From Candidatus Limnocylindrales bacterium (GTDB lineage Bacteria > Chloroflexota > Limnocylindria > Limnocylindrales > CSP1-4), in assembly GCA_031292335.1 (NCBI GenBank), contig JARLHH010000075.1, positions 1-50,854 of the forward strand: a stretch of 50,854 nt of DNA, read 5' to 3'. The notes beneath the pieces were generated by a model. It was not told the origin of the DNA. It was given only the letters and a program-made list of their open reading frames with translations, and did not search any database. This document shows positions 10,043 to 18,301 of this stretch, in pieces; within the stretch, counting starts at the first letter, position 1; each line of letters opens with the position of its first letter. The translations under genes and the position numbers were made by a program.

Positions 10043-11098
10043 ATGACCCGCCTGCTCCCACGCAAGACGCCGCTCGCGGAGCTCCATTGTCACCTGGGTG
10101 GGGCCGTGACGCCCGCGGTCATGTGGGGCATCGCCCACAGCCAGGGGATCCGGCTCCCGACCAAGGACTACTGGGAGTTCCGGGACATGATCACGGTCTC
10201 CAGCCGGCACGGCCATTCGTTCGACGGCTACCTGGACCTCTTCCGCTGGACGGAGCTCATCCAGTCGTCGCCGATCGCGATCGAGCGTTCGGTCTACGAG
10301 GTTGTCGGCGGCGCCTACCGCAAGAACAACGTCACCACGATGGAGCTCCGCTTCAATCCGATGAAGCGGAACCGGGGCGGTGAGCAGGACCTGGACCACA
10401 TCATCGCGGCGGCGATGCGCGGCATGGACCGGGCTGTCCTCGAGTACCCCGTCAAGCCGGGCCTGATCCTCTGCCTCGACCGGGCCTTTCCCTTCCAGCT
10501 CAACGAGATCATCGCCGAGAAGGCGATCACCGGGCGCGACCGCGGGATCGTCGGGATCGACATCGCGGGCCCGGAGGCGTCGGGCTTCCGGGTCAAGGAA
10601 TACCGGCATCTCTTCCAGCGGGTGCGCCGCCACCGCCTCGGGATCACCGTCCACACGGGCGAGTCGGGGCCCGTCGAGGAGATCGCAGAGGTCATCGAGG
10701 AGCTCGAGCCGGACCGCATCGGCCACGGCGTCAAGGCGGCCTATGACCCCCGCACGATGGGGATGATCCGCGAGCGCGGGATCGTCCTCGAGATCTGCCC
10801 CACCTCGAACCTCAACACGCGGGTGGTCTCCGGCTGGGACGAGTTCCGCTGGATCTTCGACACGTTCCGGCGCAACGAGATCCGCTTCACGATCAACACG
10901 GACGGCCCCGAGATGCTCAAGACGTACATCCGCGACGAGCTCGCGATGCTGGGCCGGCTCGGGATCCTGAGTCTCGAGGAGCAGGAGGAGGTCGCCCGGA
11001 CGGCCATCCTGGCCTCGTTCGTGCCGAACGTGAGCGACGTGCCCGTGCCGCGCCTGGTGCCGGCGACCCGCATCCAGGTCGAGCGCGAAGAGGCGTAG
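10043..11098 (+). CDS. add: adenosine deaminase family protein
   Basis: Metal-binding motifs ELHCHLGGA, VHTGE, RIGHGV, EICPTSN and TINTDGP. Start at ATG 10043 (TATCCT at 10031-10036, 6 nt upstream). GTG 10037 is the alternative. Confidence 0.85.
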   Translation: MTRLLPRKTPLAELHCHLGGAVTPAVMWGIAHSQGIRLPTKDYWEFRDMITVSSRHGHSFDGYLDLFRWTELIQSSPIAIERSVYEVVGGAYRKNNVTTMELRFNPMKRNRGGEQDLDHIIAAAMRGMDRAVLEYPVKPGLILCLDRAFPFQLNEIIAEKAITGRDRGIVGIDIAGPEASGFRVKEYRHLFQRVRRHRLGITVHTGESGPVEEIAEVIEELEPDRIGHGVKAAYDPRTMGMIRERGIVLEICPTSNLNTRVVSGWDEFRWIFDTFRRNEIRFTINTDGPEMLKTYIRDELAMLGRLGILSLEEQEEVARTAILASFVPNVSDVPVPRLVPATRIQVEREEA

Positions 11099-11117
11099 GC
11101 GCCCGGCGGGCGGCGCC

Positions 11118-11822
11118 TCAGGTCTCTCTCGGCTCGATCCGGTAGGTGCAGCAGCGGTCGCCGGAGGCGATGTGCGTGATCCGGGTGACGTGCGCCTGGA
11201 GGACGTCCTCGAACAGTCGCAGCTCGGCGCGACAGGCGGCCGGATGCCCCGCTGCCGCTCCCAGGATGGCGCAGTTCGCCTCTCGCAGCTCGAGCGGCCC
11301 CTCGACGCCGTCGAGGGGCGTCGCGCGGCAGAGGTAACCCGATTCGTCCTGGATGACGGCCAGCTCCCGGACGCGGGCCGCCAGCGTGGGCGTGGGGCCG
11401 AGCACGTTCGCGAAGCGGGCCTCGATCCGGTCGCGGAGCAGCCGCCGGCGTGCTTCGAAGACCTCCTCCACCAGGGCGTCGCCGCCCACCGCGGCGACCG
11501 ACTCGAGAAGCGTCGTGGCCAGGCCGTCGTAGTTCGCAGGCAGACTGCGTTGTGCCTCGGCCGTCACGTCATACAGGTGGCGCGGCCGGCCCACCCCGTG
11601 CCGGACGGCCTGCCGGACTACGGAGCCGCGAGCCTCGAGCCAGCGCAGACGCTGCAGGACGCCGGCCCGGCTGGCTCCGATGCGCGTCGCGAGCCGATCC
11701 GGCGCGCTGGCGCCCATGTCTCGGAGGGCGACCAGGATCGCCCGGTCCAGGCCCTCATGGGCCGCCTGAGCAGCGCTGCGCGGGGTGTCGGTGCCGGCCG
11801 GCGGGACGCGTGCGTCGGTCAT
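11118..11822 (-). CDS. winged-helix (ArsR-like) transcriptional regulator with Cys-rich C-terminal domain, SufR-like
   Basis: N-terminal wHTH (ILVALRDMGASAPDRLATRIGASRAGVLQRLRWLEARG). C-terminal cysteines at YLC...ANC-x12-C...CC. Start moved to ATG 11822 (TAGCCT box 7 nt upstream). Confidence 0.7.
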   Translation of the reverse strand: MTDARVPPAGTDTPRSAAQAAHEGLDRAILVALRDMGASAPDRLATRIGASRAGVLQRLRWLEARGSVVRQAVRHGVGRPRHLYDVTAEAQRSLPANYDGLATTLLESVAAVGGDALVEEVFEARRRLLRDRIEARFANVLGPTPTLAARVRELAVIQDESGYLCRATPLDGVEGPLELREANCAILGAAAGHPAACRAELRLFEDVLQAHVTRITHIASGDRCCTYRIEPRET

Positions 11823-11858
11823 GCGCGGAAGGCTAGCACCGGAGCCGGATCGGGGCCG
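11820..11858 (-). repeat. copy 1 of a duplicated ~37-nt promoter-proximal segment
   Basis: CATGCGCGGAAGGCTAGCACCGGAGCCGGATCGGGG aligns with 12386-12420 (CATGGCGGGAGGCTAGCACGAGCCGGAATCGGG) at about 31 of 37 positions. Confidence 0.6.
11830..11835 (-). promoter_or_regulatory. putative extended -10 TGCTAGCCT, 7 nt before ATG 11822
   Basis: Read on the minus strand. Part of a duplicated promoter segment that also occurs at 12395. Confidence 0.45.
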
Positions 11859-11917
11859 CCGCACGCCGTTGAGGGCGCCGCGCGCCGTGGGATCGGCCGC
11901 ACGTCGCCGGCGCCCGA

Positions 11918-12388
11918 TCAGCCGCCGACCGCCGCGCGCTGCAGGGCGGTGCGGAGCGCATTCTTGAAGTTGGGTGCCCAGGGGCCCTTGCCGGCCAGGA
12001 CGTAGGGAGGCGCGTCAACCGACCCGAAGGTGGCGGGGTCCGTCACGTACGAGCGAGCGCAGGTGTCAATGCTGGAGCGAAGCTCGTCGTAGGTCGCCTG
12101 GTCCTTGAACGCGTACAGGTAGATCCGGACCGTGGCGGTCTGGTCGACGCCACTGGCGTCGAAGCCGATGGCGGTGCGGGACAGGCGCTGGTCGTCGCAG
12201 CCGGCGTCGCCGCTCACGACGTGGTCGACGTTGATGCCCACGAGCTGCAGCTCGGCCACGATCCCGCCGAAGTCGGTCGGGCTGTCCACCTCCGTCGTGG
12301 GCGTGAACTCGCCGCACCCGGCCGCCACCAGCGTCACGAGCGCGACGAGCAGGACCAGGCGGGCGTGACGGCCGGCACGAGCAAGCAT
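11918..12388 (-). CDS. hypothetical lipoprotein
   Basis: 156 aa. Signal peptide with lipobox LVAAGCG. Third-position GC is high. No family recognised. Confidence 0.6.
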   Translation of the reverse strand: MLARAGRHARLVLLVALVTLVAAGCGEFTPTTEVDSPTDFGGIVAELQLVGINVDHVVSGDAGCDDQRLSRTAIGFDASGVDQTATVRIYLYAFKDQATYDELRSSIDTCARSYVTDPATFGSVDAPPYVLAGKGPWAPNFKNALRTALQRAAVGG

Positions 12389-12420
12389 GGCGGGAGGCTA
12401 GCACGAGCCGGAATCGGGCG
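12386..12420 (-). repeat. copy 2 of the duplicated promoter-proximal segment
   Basis: See copy 1. Both copies start at the initiation codon of consecutive minus-strand genes. Confidence 0.6.
12395..12400 (-). promoter_or_regulatory. putative extended -10 TGCTAGCCT, 6 nt before ATG 12388
   Basis: Read on the minus strand. Near-identical to the box at 11830. Confidence 0.45.
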
Positions 12421-12567
12421 AGGTGGCGCAGCCGCCCGTGATCTCACGACCGCCCGTGGGCGTCGACCGCCCGGGGCGGTACACTCTCGACGGCGCCCAG
12501 TTGCGGCCGCGACGCGTCGTCGGGCCGGGTCCGGCGCCCGGTTCCAGCCTGGTCTCCAGGAGGTCGC

Positions 12568-13887
12568 GTGCCCGAGATCCGCGCGTTTCGCGCCCTGCGC
12601 TACAACCCCGACGTGGTGCCGGACCTCGCCAGGGTCGTGGCGCCGCCCTACGACGTGATCCCGCCGGCGCTCCGGGCGACCCTGGCGGGGCGCGATCCGC
12701 GCAACGTGGTCGCCATCGACCTGCCGGTGGACCTTCCGGGGGCCGCCGACCCGGACGACAAGTACCGCGCCGCCGCGCGGACGTTCGCGGGCTGGCGCTC
12801 GGACGGGTCGCTCGCCAAGGACCCGCGCCCGGCTCTCTACGTCTACGAGCAGGCGTACACGCTTCCCGGGTCGGACCTGCGCCGCGTGCAGCGAGGCTTC
12901 TATGCGCGCGTGAAGCTGGAGGCGTTCGGGCCCGGCTCGGGCATCCTCCCGCACGAGCGGACGCTCAGCGGGCCGCGCGAGGATCGCCACAAGCTGATGC
13001 GTGCGTGCGGCGCCAACTTCTCGGGGGTGGTCGGGCTTTACGAGGATCCCTCCGGCGAGGCGTCGCGATCCCTCGCCGAGGCGACGGCGGAGAACCCGAT
13101 CGCCGATGTGCACGACGACGACGGCGTCCGGCACCGGCTCTGGATGCTGCCCGACGACGGGGCGACGGCAGGCGTGGTGGGCGGGCTCCGGGAGGCGGCC
13201 GGGCGGGGGCCGATCACGATCGCCGACGGACACCACCGCTACGAGACGGCGCTGCGGTACCGGGACGAACGGCGGCTGACCAGCTCGCGCGAGGTCGACC
13301 CCGCGTTCGACTACGTGCTGATGCTCCTGCTCGAGGCGGGCGGCGGGGCGCTCACCGTCCTGCCGACGCACCGCGTGGCCCGGGGCATCCCGGACGGCGC
13401 CGGCCTCCTGGCGGCCGCGAGCGCGCTCTTCGACATCGCGCCCGCCGATTCAGCGGCACTCGCCCGCGCCTTCGGGCCGGGCGCCGCGGGGAGCGGCCGA
13501 GCCGGCCGGTTCGGGCTCTGGACCCGGGCCGGTGGGGCGATCCTGACTGCCCGGCGCGAGGAGTTCGCGAGCTACCTCCCGGCGGGCAGCGACGCGCTGC
13601 GGCGGCTGGACGTGACCCTGCTGGCGGTGGCCCTGGAGCGGCTCGCCGGGATCGACCGGGCCGCGACCACCGCGGGGGAGCGCGTCGGCTACACGAAGTC
13701 CGTGACCGAGGCGATCGCGTGGGTCGATGCGGCGGCCGACGGCGCGGACGCGGCGTTCCTGGTGGAGCCGACGCCGGTCGCGGACGTCGTCGCGGTCGCC
13801 GCGGCCGGCGACGTGATGCCCCAGAAGTCCACCTACTTCTACCCCAAGCCGCTCACCGGCTTCGTCATCAACCCGCTCGAGTGGTAG
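12568..13887 (+). CDS. DUF1015 family protein
   Basis: 439 aa. The N-terminus MPEIRAFRALRYNPDVV...VAPPYDVI matches the conserved DUF1015 opening as I recall it. GTG start preceded by AGGAGG. Confidence 0.8.
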   Translation: MPEIRAFRALRYNPDVVPDLARVVAPPYDVIPPALRATLAGRDPRNVVAIDLPVDLPGAADPDDKYRAAARTFAGWRSDGSLAKDPRPALYVYEQAYTLPGSDLRRVQRGFYARVKLEAFGPGSGILPHERTLSGPREDRHKLMRACGANFSGVVGLYEDPSGEASRSLAEATAENPIADVHDDDGVRHRLWMLPDDGATAGVVGGLREAAGRGPITIADGHHRYETALRYRDERRLTSSREVDPAFDYVLMLLLEAGGGALTVLPTHRVARGIPDGAGLLAAASALFDIAPADSAALARAFGPGAAGSGRAGRFGLWTRAGGAILTARREEFASYLPAGSDALRRLDVTLLAVALERLAGIDRAATTAGERVGYTKSVTEAIAWVDAAADGADAAFLVEPTPVADVVAVAAAGDVMPQKSTYFYPKPLTGFVINPLEW

Positions 13888-13895
13888 GCGACGAG

Positions 13896-14798
13896 ATGTT
13901 CGACGATCCCCTTGACCGGGACTACCCGCGGCAGATCCCGACCGAGCCCGGCGGCCCGGGCGGGAATGGCGGCGGCCGTCCGATCCGCAAGGACGAGATC
14001 GAGCTGGAGGCGCGCGGCCTCTACATCGAGTCGTGGCTGCCAGAGCGTCGCTCCCGCCGGCGGCCACTCCTGCTCGTGCACGGCGAGCTGGCCGGTTCCT
14101 GGGTCTGGGAGCGCTGGCTGCGCTACTTCGCGGGCCGCGGCTGGGAGGGCCACGCCCTCAACCTGCGGAACCACTACTGGTCGAAGACGGCCGATCCCGC
14201 CACGCTGTCGTTCGACACCTACCTCGAGGACGTGATCGCGGGCATCGAGCGGCTCGGCCCCGACCCGGTGGTCGTCGGGCACGGGATGGGCGGCCTGCTG
14301 GTCCTGAAGGCCGCCACCGAAGGTTCCGGCGTGGCCGGCATCGTGCTCGTGGACGCGGAGCTGCCCGCCGAGCTGCGGGCACCCGCCAGGCCGTACGTCG
14401 TGCGCGACGCGCCGGTTGCCTACGGCCGCGCGCGGATCGGCTGGGACGCGCCGCCCGAGAAGCTCCAGCGGGAGAACCGCGATCTGACCCTGGACGACGT
14501 CCTGCGGATCCAGCACCTGCTGGGGCAGAAGCAGCACGAATCCGGGCGGGCGCGCGCCGAGGTGCAGGCCGGCGTGCCGGTGACGGCCGGCTCGCTGCAG
14601 GATCGGCCCCGCCTCGTGATCGGATCGGGCCTGGACGGCTCGGCCGCCGCCGTCGCCGCGGAGTCGCTGGCGACGTGGCTCGGCGCCGAGCACGAGCAGT
14701 ACGGTGCCCACTCCCACTACGGCCTGCTGCTCGGGACCGACAGTCATCGCCAGGTCGTGGAGCGGGTGCGGGCGTTCCTGGAGGCGCACCACCTCTAG
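13896..14798 (+). CDS. alpha/beta hydrolase
   Basis: C-terminal 300 aa of ORF 12423..14798. LLLVHGELAGSWVW oxyanion region and GHGMGG nucleophile elbow. ATG 13896 lies 8 nt after the DUF1015 stop. Confidence 0.8.
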   Translation: MFDDPLDRDYPRQIPTEPGGPGGNGGGRPIRKDEIELEARGLYIESWLPERRSRRRPLLLVHGELAGSWVWERWLRYFAGRGWEGHALNLRNHYWSKTADPATLSFDTYLEDVIAGIERLGPDPVVVGHGMGGLLVLKAATEGSGVAGIVLVDAELPAELRAPARPYVVRDAPVAYGRARIGWDAPPEKLQRENRDLTLDDVLRIQHLLGQKQHESGRARAEVQAGVPVTAGSLQDRPRLVIGSGLDGSAAAVAAESLATWLGAEHEQYGAHSHYGLLLGTDSHRQVVERVRAFLEAHHL

Positions 14799-14888
14799 CG
14801 ACCGGCCGGCCAGCGATGCCGGGCCGGCGACGCTCCGACAGCGATTCTCCGGCCCTCGCCGGCCGTCTCGTGGATGGCCCTGGCGAGT

Positions 14889-14918
14889 TTGCCAACGGAA
14901 CGGCCGCTCTGGTAGCAT
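14889..14918 (+). promoter_or_regulatory. putative tRNA-Glu promoter: TTGCCA, 18-nt spacer, TAGCAT
   Basis: -35-like box at 14889-14894 and -10-like box at 14913-14918, about 44 nt upstream of the tRNA 5' end. Confidence 0.5.
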
Positions 14919-14961
14919 CGTGCCCCGGTCGGGGCTCTGATGGGTCCGTGCGGGCCACCCT

Positions 14962-15038
14962 GCCGCATTCGTCTAGAGGCCCAGGACGCCGCCCTCTCAA
15001 GGCGGAGATCACCGGTTCGAATCCGGTATGCGGTACCA
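14962..15038 (+). tRNA. tRNA-Glu (anticodon CTC), CCA encoded
   Basis: Hand-folded cloverleaf: acceptor GCCGCAT/ATGCGGT, D arm GTCT-AGAGGCCCA-GGAC, anticodon stem CCGCC/GGCGG with loop CTCTCAA, and T arm ACCGG-TTCGAAT-CCGGT. Strongly resembles bacterial tRNA-Glu. Confidence 0.93.
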
Positions 15039-15142
15039 GTCACACATCCCGACGCCCCCGGTCCGCGCCCCGGGGGCGTTACCTTTTCAGCCACTGCTTC
15101 GGCGACCGCGAACGCTGATCCGTCATCCGCCCAGGAGGACCC

Positions 15143-16246
15143 ATGGAGCCCACGGCGCCGCGCCGGCTGGTGATCCTGACCGAGGGCGAGTTCGGCCCCC
15201 ACCATGCCAAGACCGCGTGGGGCGTGATCCGCTACGGACGCGACGAGGTCGTGGCGATCCTGGACTCGACGATCGCCGGCCGCAACGCGAGCGAATGGCT
15301 GCCCGGTCACGACATCCCCGCCGTCGCGACACTGGCCGAGGCGCTCGCGATCCCCGGGCGGCCGCGCCCGGACGCGCTCCTGGTGGGGATCGCGCCGACC
15401 GGCGGCCGCCTGCCCGACGCGTGGCGGCGCGTGCTGCTCGAGGCGCTGCGGGCTGGCCTGGAGCTCCACTCCGGGCTCCACACGCTGCTCGGTGACGACC
15501 CCGAGATCTCGGCTGCCGCGGCGGCGCTCGGCGTCCGGATCGTGGACTACCGGCGCGCGCCGGACCGGATGGACTGCGCAGTCGGCCGGCGGCACCTGCC
15601 CGGCAAGCGCGTGATCCTGACCGTGGGCACGGACTGCGCGATCGGCAAGATGTCGGTCGCGCTGGAGCTTCGCCGGGCGGCGCTCGAGGCCGGCGACCGG
15701 GCAGTCTTCGTGCCGAGCGGTCAGACCGGCATGATGATCGACGGATGGGGCGTGGCAGTGGACCGTGTCATCAGCGACTTCCTGAACGGCACGGTCGAGT
15801 GGCTCGTGGAGCAGGGTGAGGGGATGGGGGACTGGGTCCTGGTCGAGGGCCAGGGCTCCCTCGACCATCCGGCCTACAGCGCCGTGACGCTCGGCCTGAT
15901 CCACGGTGCGACCCCGCACGCGATGGTGCTGGTCCACAAGGCCGGCCTGGCCGCCCACGACTTCGACCACCTGCCGGACCGCTCCTTCCCGATCGCCCCG
16001 CTCCGGCCGTTCATCGAGCTGCACGAACGGATCGCGGCGACCGTGGCTCCCTCGAAAGTGGTCGCTGTCGCCGTCAACACGTCGCTCATCCCGGACGACG
16101 AAGACGCGCGACGGGCGATTGCCGCGGTGCGCGCCGAGACCGGCCTGCCGGCCGACGACCCGGTCCGGTTCGGCGCGGCTGCGCTCTGGCCCGCGGTCCG
16201 CGACGCGGTGGACGCCCTGCCCTGGGTCGCCGGGGCCGGCTCGTGA
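15143..16246 (+). CDS. DUF1611 family protein
   Basis: 367 aa. N-terminus RLVILTEGEFGPHHAKTAWGVIRYG and overall length fit DUF1611. AGGAGG precedes the ATG. The stop overlaps the start of the epimerase gene. Confidence 0.75.
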   Translation: MEPTAPRRLVILTEGEFGPHHAKTAWGVIRYGRDEVVAILDSTIAGRNASEWLPGHDIPAVATLAEALAIPGRPRPDALLVGIAPTGGRLPDAWRRVLLEALRAGLELHSGLHTLLGDDPEISAAAAALGVRIVDYRRAPDRMDCAVGRRHLPGKRVILTVGTDCAIGKMSVALELRRAALEAGDRAVFVPSGQTGMMIDGWGVAVDRVISDFLNGTVEWLVEQGEGMGDWVLVEGQGSLDHPAYSAVTLGLIHGATPHAMVLVHKAGLAAHDFDHLPDRSFPIAPLRPFIELHERIAATVAPSKVVAVAVNTSLIPDDEDARRAIAAVRAETGLPADDPVRFGAAALWPAVRDAVDALPWVAGAGS

Positions 16247-17325
16247 GCGCCGGCTGGGACCTGCGGGTCGAGACGCTCCGGCTCCCGTTCCGCGACCCGT
16301 TCGTGATCGCCCGGTACGGGCCGGGGGAGGGCCAGGCCGTCACGACCGTCGTGGTGGAGCTGCGCTCCCCGGCGCTGCCGGGCCTGGTCGGGATCGGCGA
16401 GGGCTGCCCGGAGACCTACTACGGCGAGACTCCGTCCACCATGGGGGTGGTGATGCCGCTGCTGCTGGGCGCGGTGCCGCCCGCGTCGCTCGACGTGGGG
16501 GGCGGCCCCGGCGCGGCACGGGACGCGCTCGGCGAGATCGGCGCCGCCTTCGAGCGCGTGGTCCGGGGCCACGGGGCAGCGAAGTGCGCCCTCGACATCG
16601 CCCTGCACGACCTGGCGGGCAAGGCCCTGGGCGTGCCCATCCACCGGCTGCTGGGGTTGTCGCCCGACATCCCGCCAACCGACTTCACGCTGGGCCTCGA
16701 CGAGCCGGCGATGGTCGCCGAGCGTGCCCGCCGCAGCGCTCGCTTCCCGGCCCTCAAGATCAAGGTGGGCGGCGCGCACGACCTCGCCACGCTCGAGGCG
16801 GTCCGGGCGGTCTTCGGCGGTCCGATCCGGGTCGACGCCAACATCGGCTGGACGCCCGAGGGTGCCGCGGCGATCGTCCCGGAGCTCGCCCGGCTGGGCG
16901 TCGAGCTGATCGAGCAGCCATTCCCACCGCGGCGCTACGAGTGGCTCCGCGACCTGCAGGCGATCTCGCCGCTCCCAATTGTCGCCGACGAGTCGGCCGT
17001 CGCGATCGAGGACCTCGACGCGCTCGTCGGGGTCGTGGACGGCGTCAACGTGAAGCTCGCCAAGTGCGGCGGCGTGGGTCCGGCCGCCCGCATGCTGACG
17101 CGGGCCCGCGACCTCGGGTTCCGGACCTTCCTCGGCTGCATGGAGGAGACGTCCGTGGGGATCGCGGCATCGGCGGCCGTCGCGAGCCTGGCGGAGTGGG
17201 TCGACCTGGATGGCTGCCTGCTGCTCGCCGACGACCCGTTCGCGGGCCTGGAGCTCGGCGCGGACTGCCGGTGGCGCCTGACGGACGCTCCGGGCCACGG
17301 GGTGACGCGCCGCGCCGACCGGTGA
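16243..17325 (+). CDS. enolase-superfamily dipeptide (L-Ala-D/L-Glu-type) epimerase or N-acyl amino-acid racemase
   Basis: 360 aa. Catalytic signature LKIKVG (KxK), RVDANIGW, LIEQP, IVADES and VNVKLAKCGG. GTG start overlaps the DUF1611 stop (GTGA). Confidence 0.88.
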   Translation: MSAGWDLRVETLRLPFRDPFVIARYGPGEGQAVTTVVVELRSPALPGLVGIGEGCPETYYGETPSTMGVVMPLLLGAVPPASLDVGGGPGAARDALGEIGAAFERVVRGHGAAKCALDIALHDLAGKALGVPIHRLLGLSPDIPPTDFTLGLDEPAMVAERARRSARFPALKIKVGGAHDLATLEAVRAVFGGPIRVDANIGWTPEGAAAIVPELARLGVELIEQPFPPRRYEWLRDLQAISPLPIVADESAVAIEDLDALVGVVDGVNVKLAKCGGVGPAARMLTRARDLGFRTFLGCMEETSVGIAASAAVASLAEWVDLDGCLLLADDPFAGLELGADCRWRLTDAPGHGVTRRADR

Positions 17326-17373
17326 GGGGCCGGCCGGAGGCCCGCTCGAAGGCTGCCGGCGCCGGCCCGGGCT

Positions 17374-17449
17374 GTCCACCCCGCCGCGGGTCGCCGTCCA
17401 CCGGATGCCCATCCCTGTGGACAAGTCCGGGGGCCAGTTGGTGGACAAG
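17374..17449. promoter_or_regulatory. array of four GTCCAC/GTGGAC half-sites (two direct, then two inverted)
   Basis: GTCCAC at 17374 and 17396; GTGGACAAG at 17417 and 17441. Lies just upstream of a TAGGAT box at 17477-17482. Confidence 0.35.
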
Positions 17450-17633
17450 GCCCTTTCGGCTGCCACCGGCGGCGGGTAGGATGACCGGGTCGCCGGATGA
17501 GGGAGCTGACGGCGACACCAGCGGGGCGCGCGACGCCCCGAACGCGCGGATGACCCGCCCAACCCGCGGGACCGCGCTCGTCACCCTGATCGTGCCCCGG
17601 TTCGGGCTGCCCGGCGGAGGAGAGTGGAGATCG

Positions 17634-17963
17634 ATGGACCCGTGCATCCGTCTGCCCGGAACGCCTGCCGGGGAGGCCGTGGAGTTCGTCCGCTTCTGCC
17701 GCGACCGGAGGCATGTCGGCTGGCCGGAGCTGTACGACGAGATGTGGTCGGTGGCCAGCCACCGGCTCTTCCGCGGCTACGGGTTCGCCGAGCTCGGGGA
17801 GCTCGGGATCGGGTTCAGCCTGTTCGAGACGATCCCGCTCGCCGCCCTTGTCGCCGCGGTGATCGCCGACGAACCCCGGGCAGCTCGGCGCGGCGCGTCG
17901 ACCGCCCGACGCGGGCTGGCGGTGGTGGGGATCCCGGAGGACGCCGCGCCGGCGACGATCTGA
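17634..17963 (+). CDS. hypothetical protein
   Basis: 109-aa tail of ORF 15906..17963 with GC-rich third positions. GGAGGAG lies 11 nt upstream of ATG 17634. In-frame ATGs at 17481 and 17550 are possible alternative starts. Confidence 0.5.
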   Translation: MDPCIRLPGTPAGEAVEFVRFCRDRRHVGWPELYDEMWSVASHRLFRGYGFAELGELGIGFSLFETIPLAALVAAVIADEPRAARRGASTARRGLAVVGIPEDAAPATI

Positions 17964-18018
17964 GCCGGCTGGCGGTTTGCGCGCAGATCGCGGGCCGGGC
18001 TGCCCGGGGCCGGCGTCC

Positions 18019-18040
18019 GGTCCGAGGCCGGCCTCGGGCC
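18019..18040. terminator. GC-rich palindromic hairpin between convergent genes (possible bidirectional terminator)
   Basis: GGTCCGAGG-CCGG-CCTCGGGCC forms a 9-bp stem. There is no U-tract, which may be normal for such GC-rich genomes. Confidence 0.35.
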
Positions 18041-18073
18041 CGCGGCCGGTGTCCCGCTCGCGCCGCGCGGGGA

Positions 18074-18301
18074 TCAGGCGCGGATCGCGCGCCGGGACAT
18101 CTCGCCCTCGATCTGGCGCTCGGCCTCCACGTACGTGTCGATCTCCTCGCGGAGTCGGTTCGCCTCCGGGGTGTAGAGGTGGACCTGCTGCTGCAGGACG
18201 TAGCTGAGGCGGCGGCTCGTCATCCGGACGTGGTCCAGGTTCTTCATGAGGACGAGCGGATCCATCGAGGCGAGGTCGTCCGGATGGAACATCGGCTTCA
18301 T
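18074..18301 (-). CDS. hypothetical small helical protein (75 aa)
   Basis: Starts MKPMFHPDDL. Its ATG overlaps the stop of the upstream methyltransferase gene (ATGA), which suggests translational coupling. No family recognised. Confidence 0.5.
   Translation of the reverse strand: MKPMFHPDDLASMDPLVLMKNLDHVRMTSRRLSYVLQQQVHLYTPEANRLREEIDTYVEAERQIEGEMSRRAIRA

Noticed and set aside
12423-13895. N-terminal 490 aa of ORF 12423..14798, and likewise the N-terminal parts of ORFs 15906..17963, 22275..23384, 33373..35826, 35911..37206 and 36669..37637
   Set aside because: Only the C-terminal portions look like real proteins. The upstream parts overlap better-supported genes in other frames and are low-complexity. 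Internal starts with ribosome-binding sites or -10 boxes were used instead.
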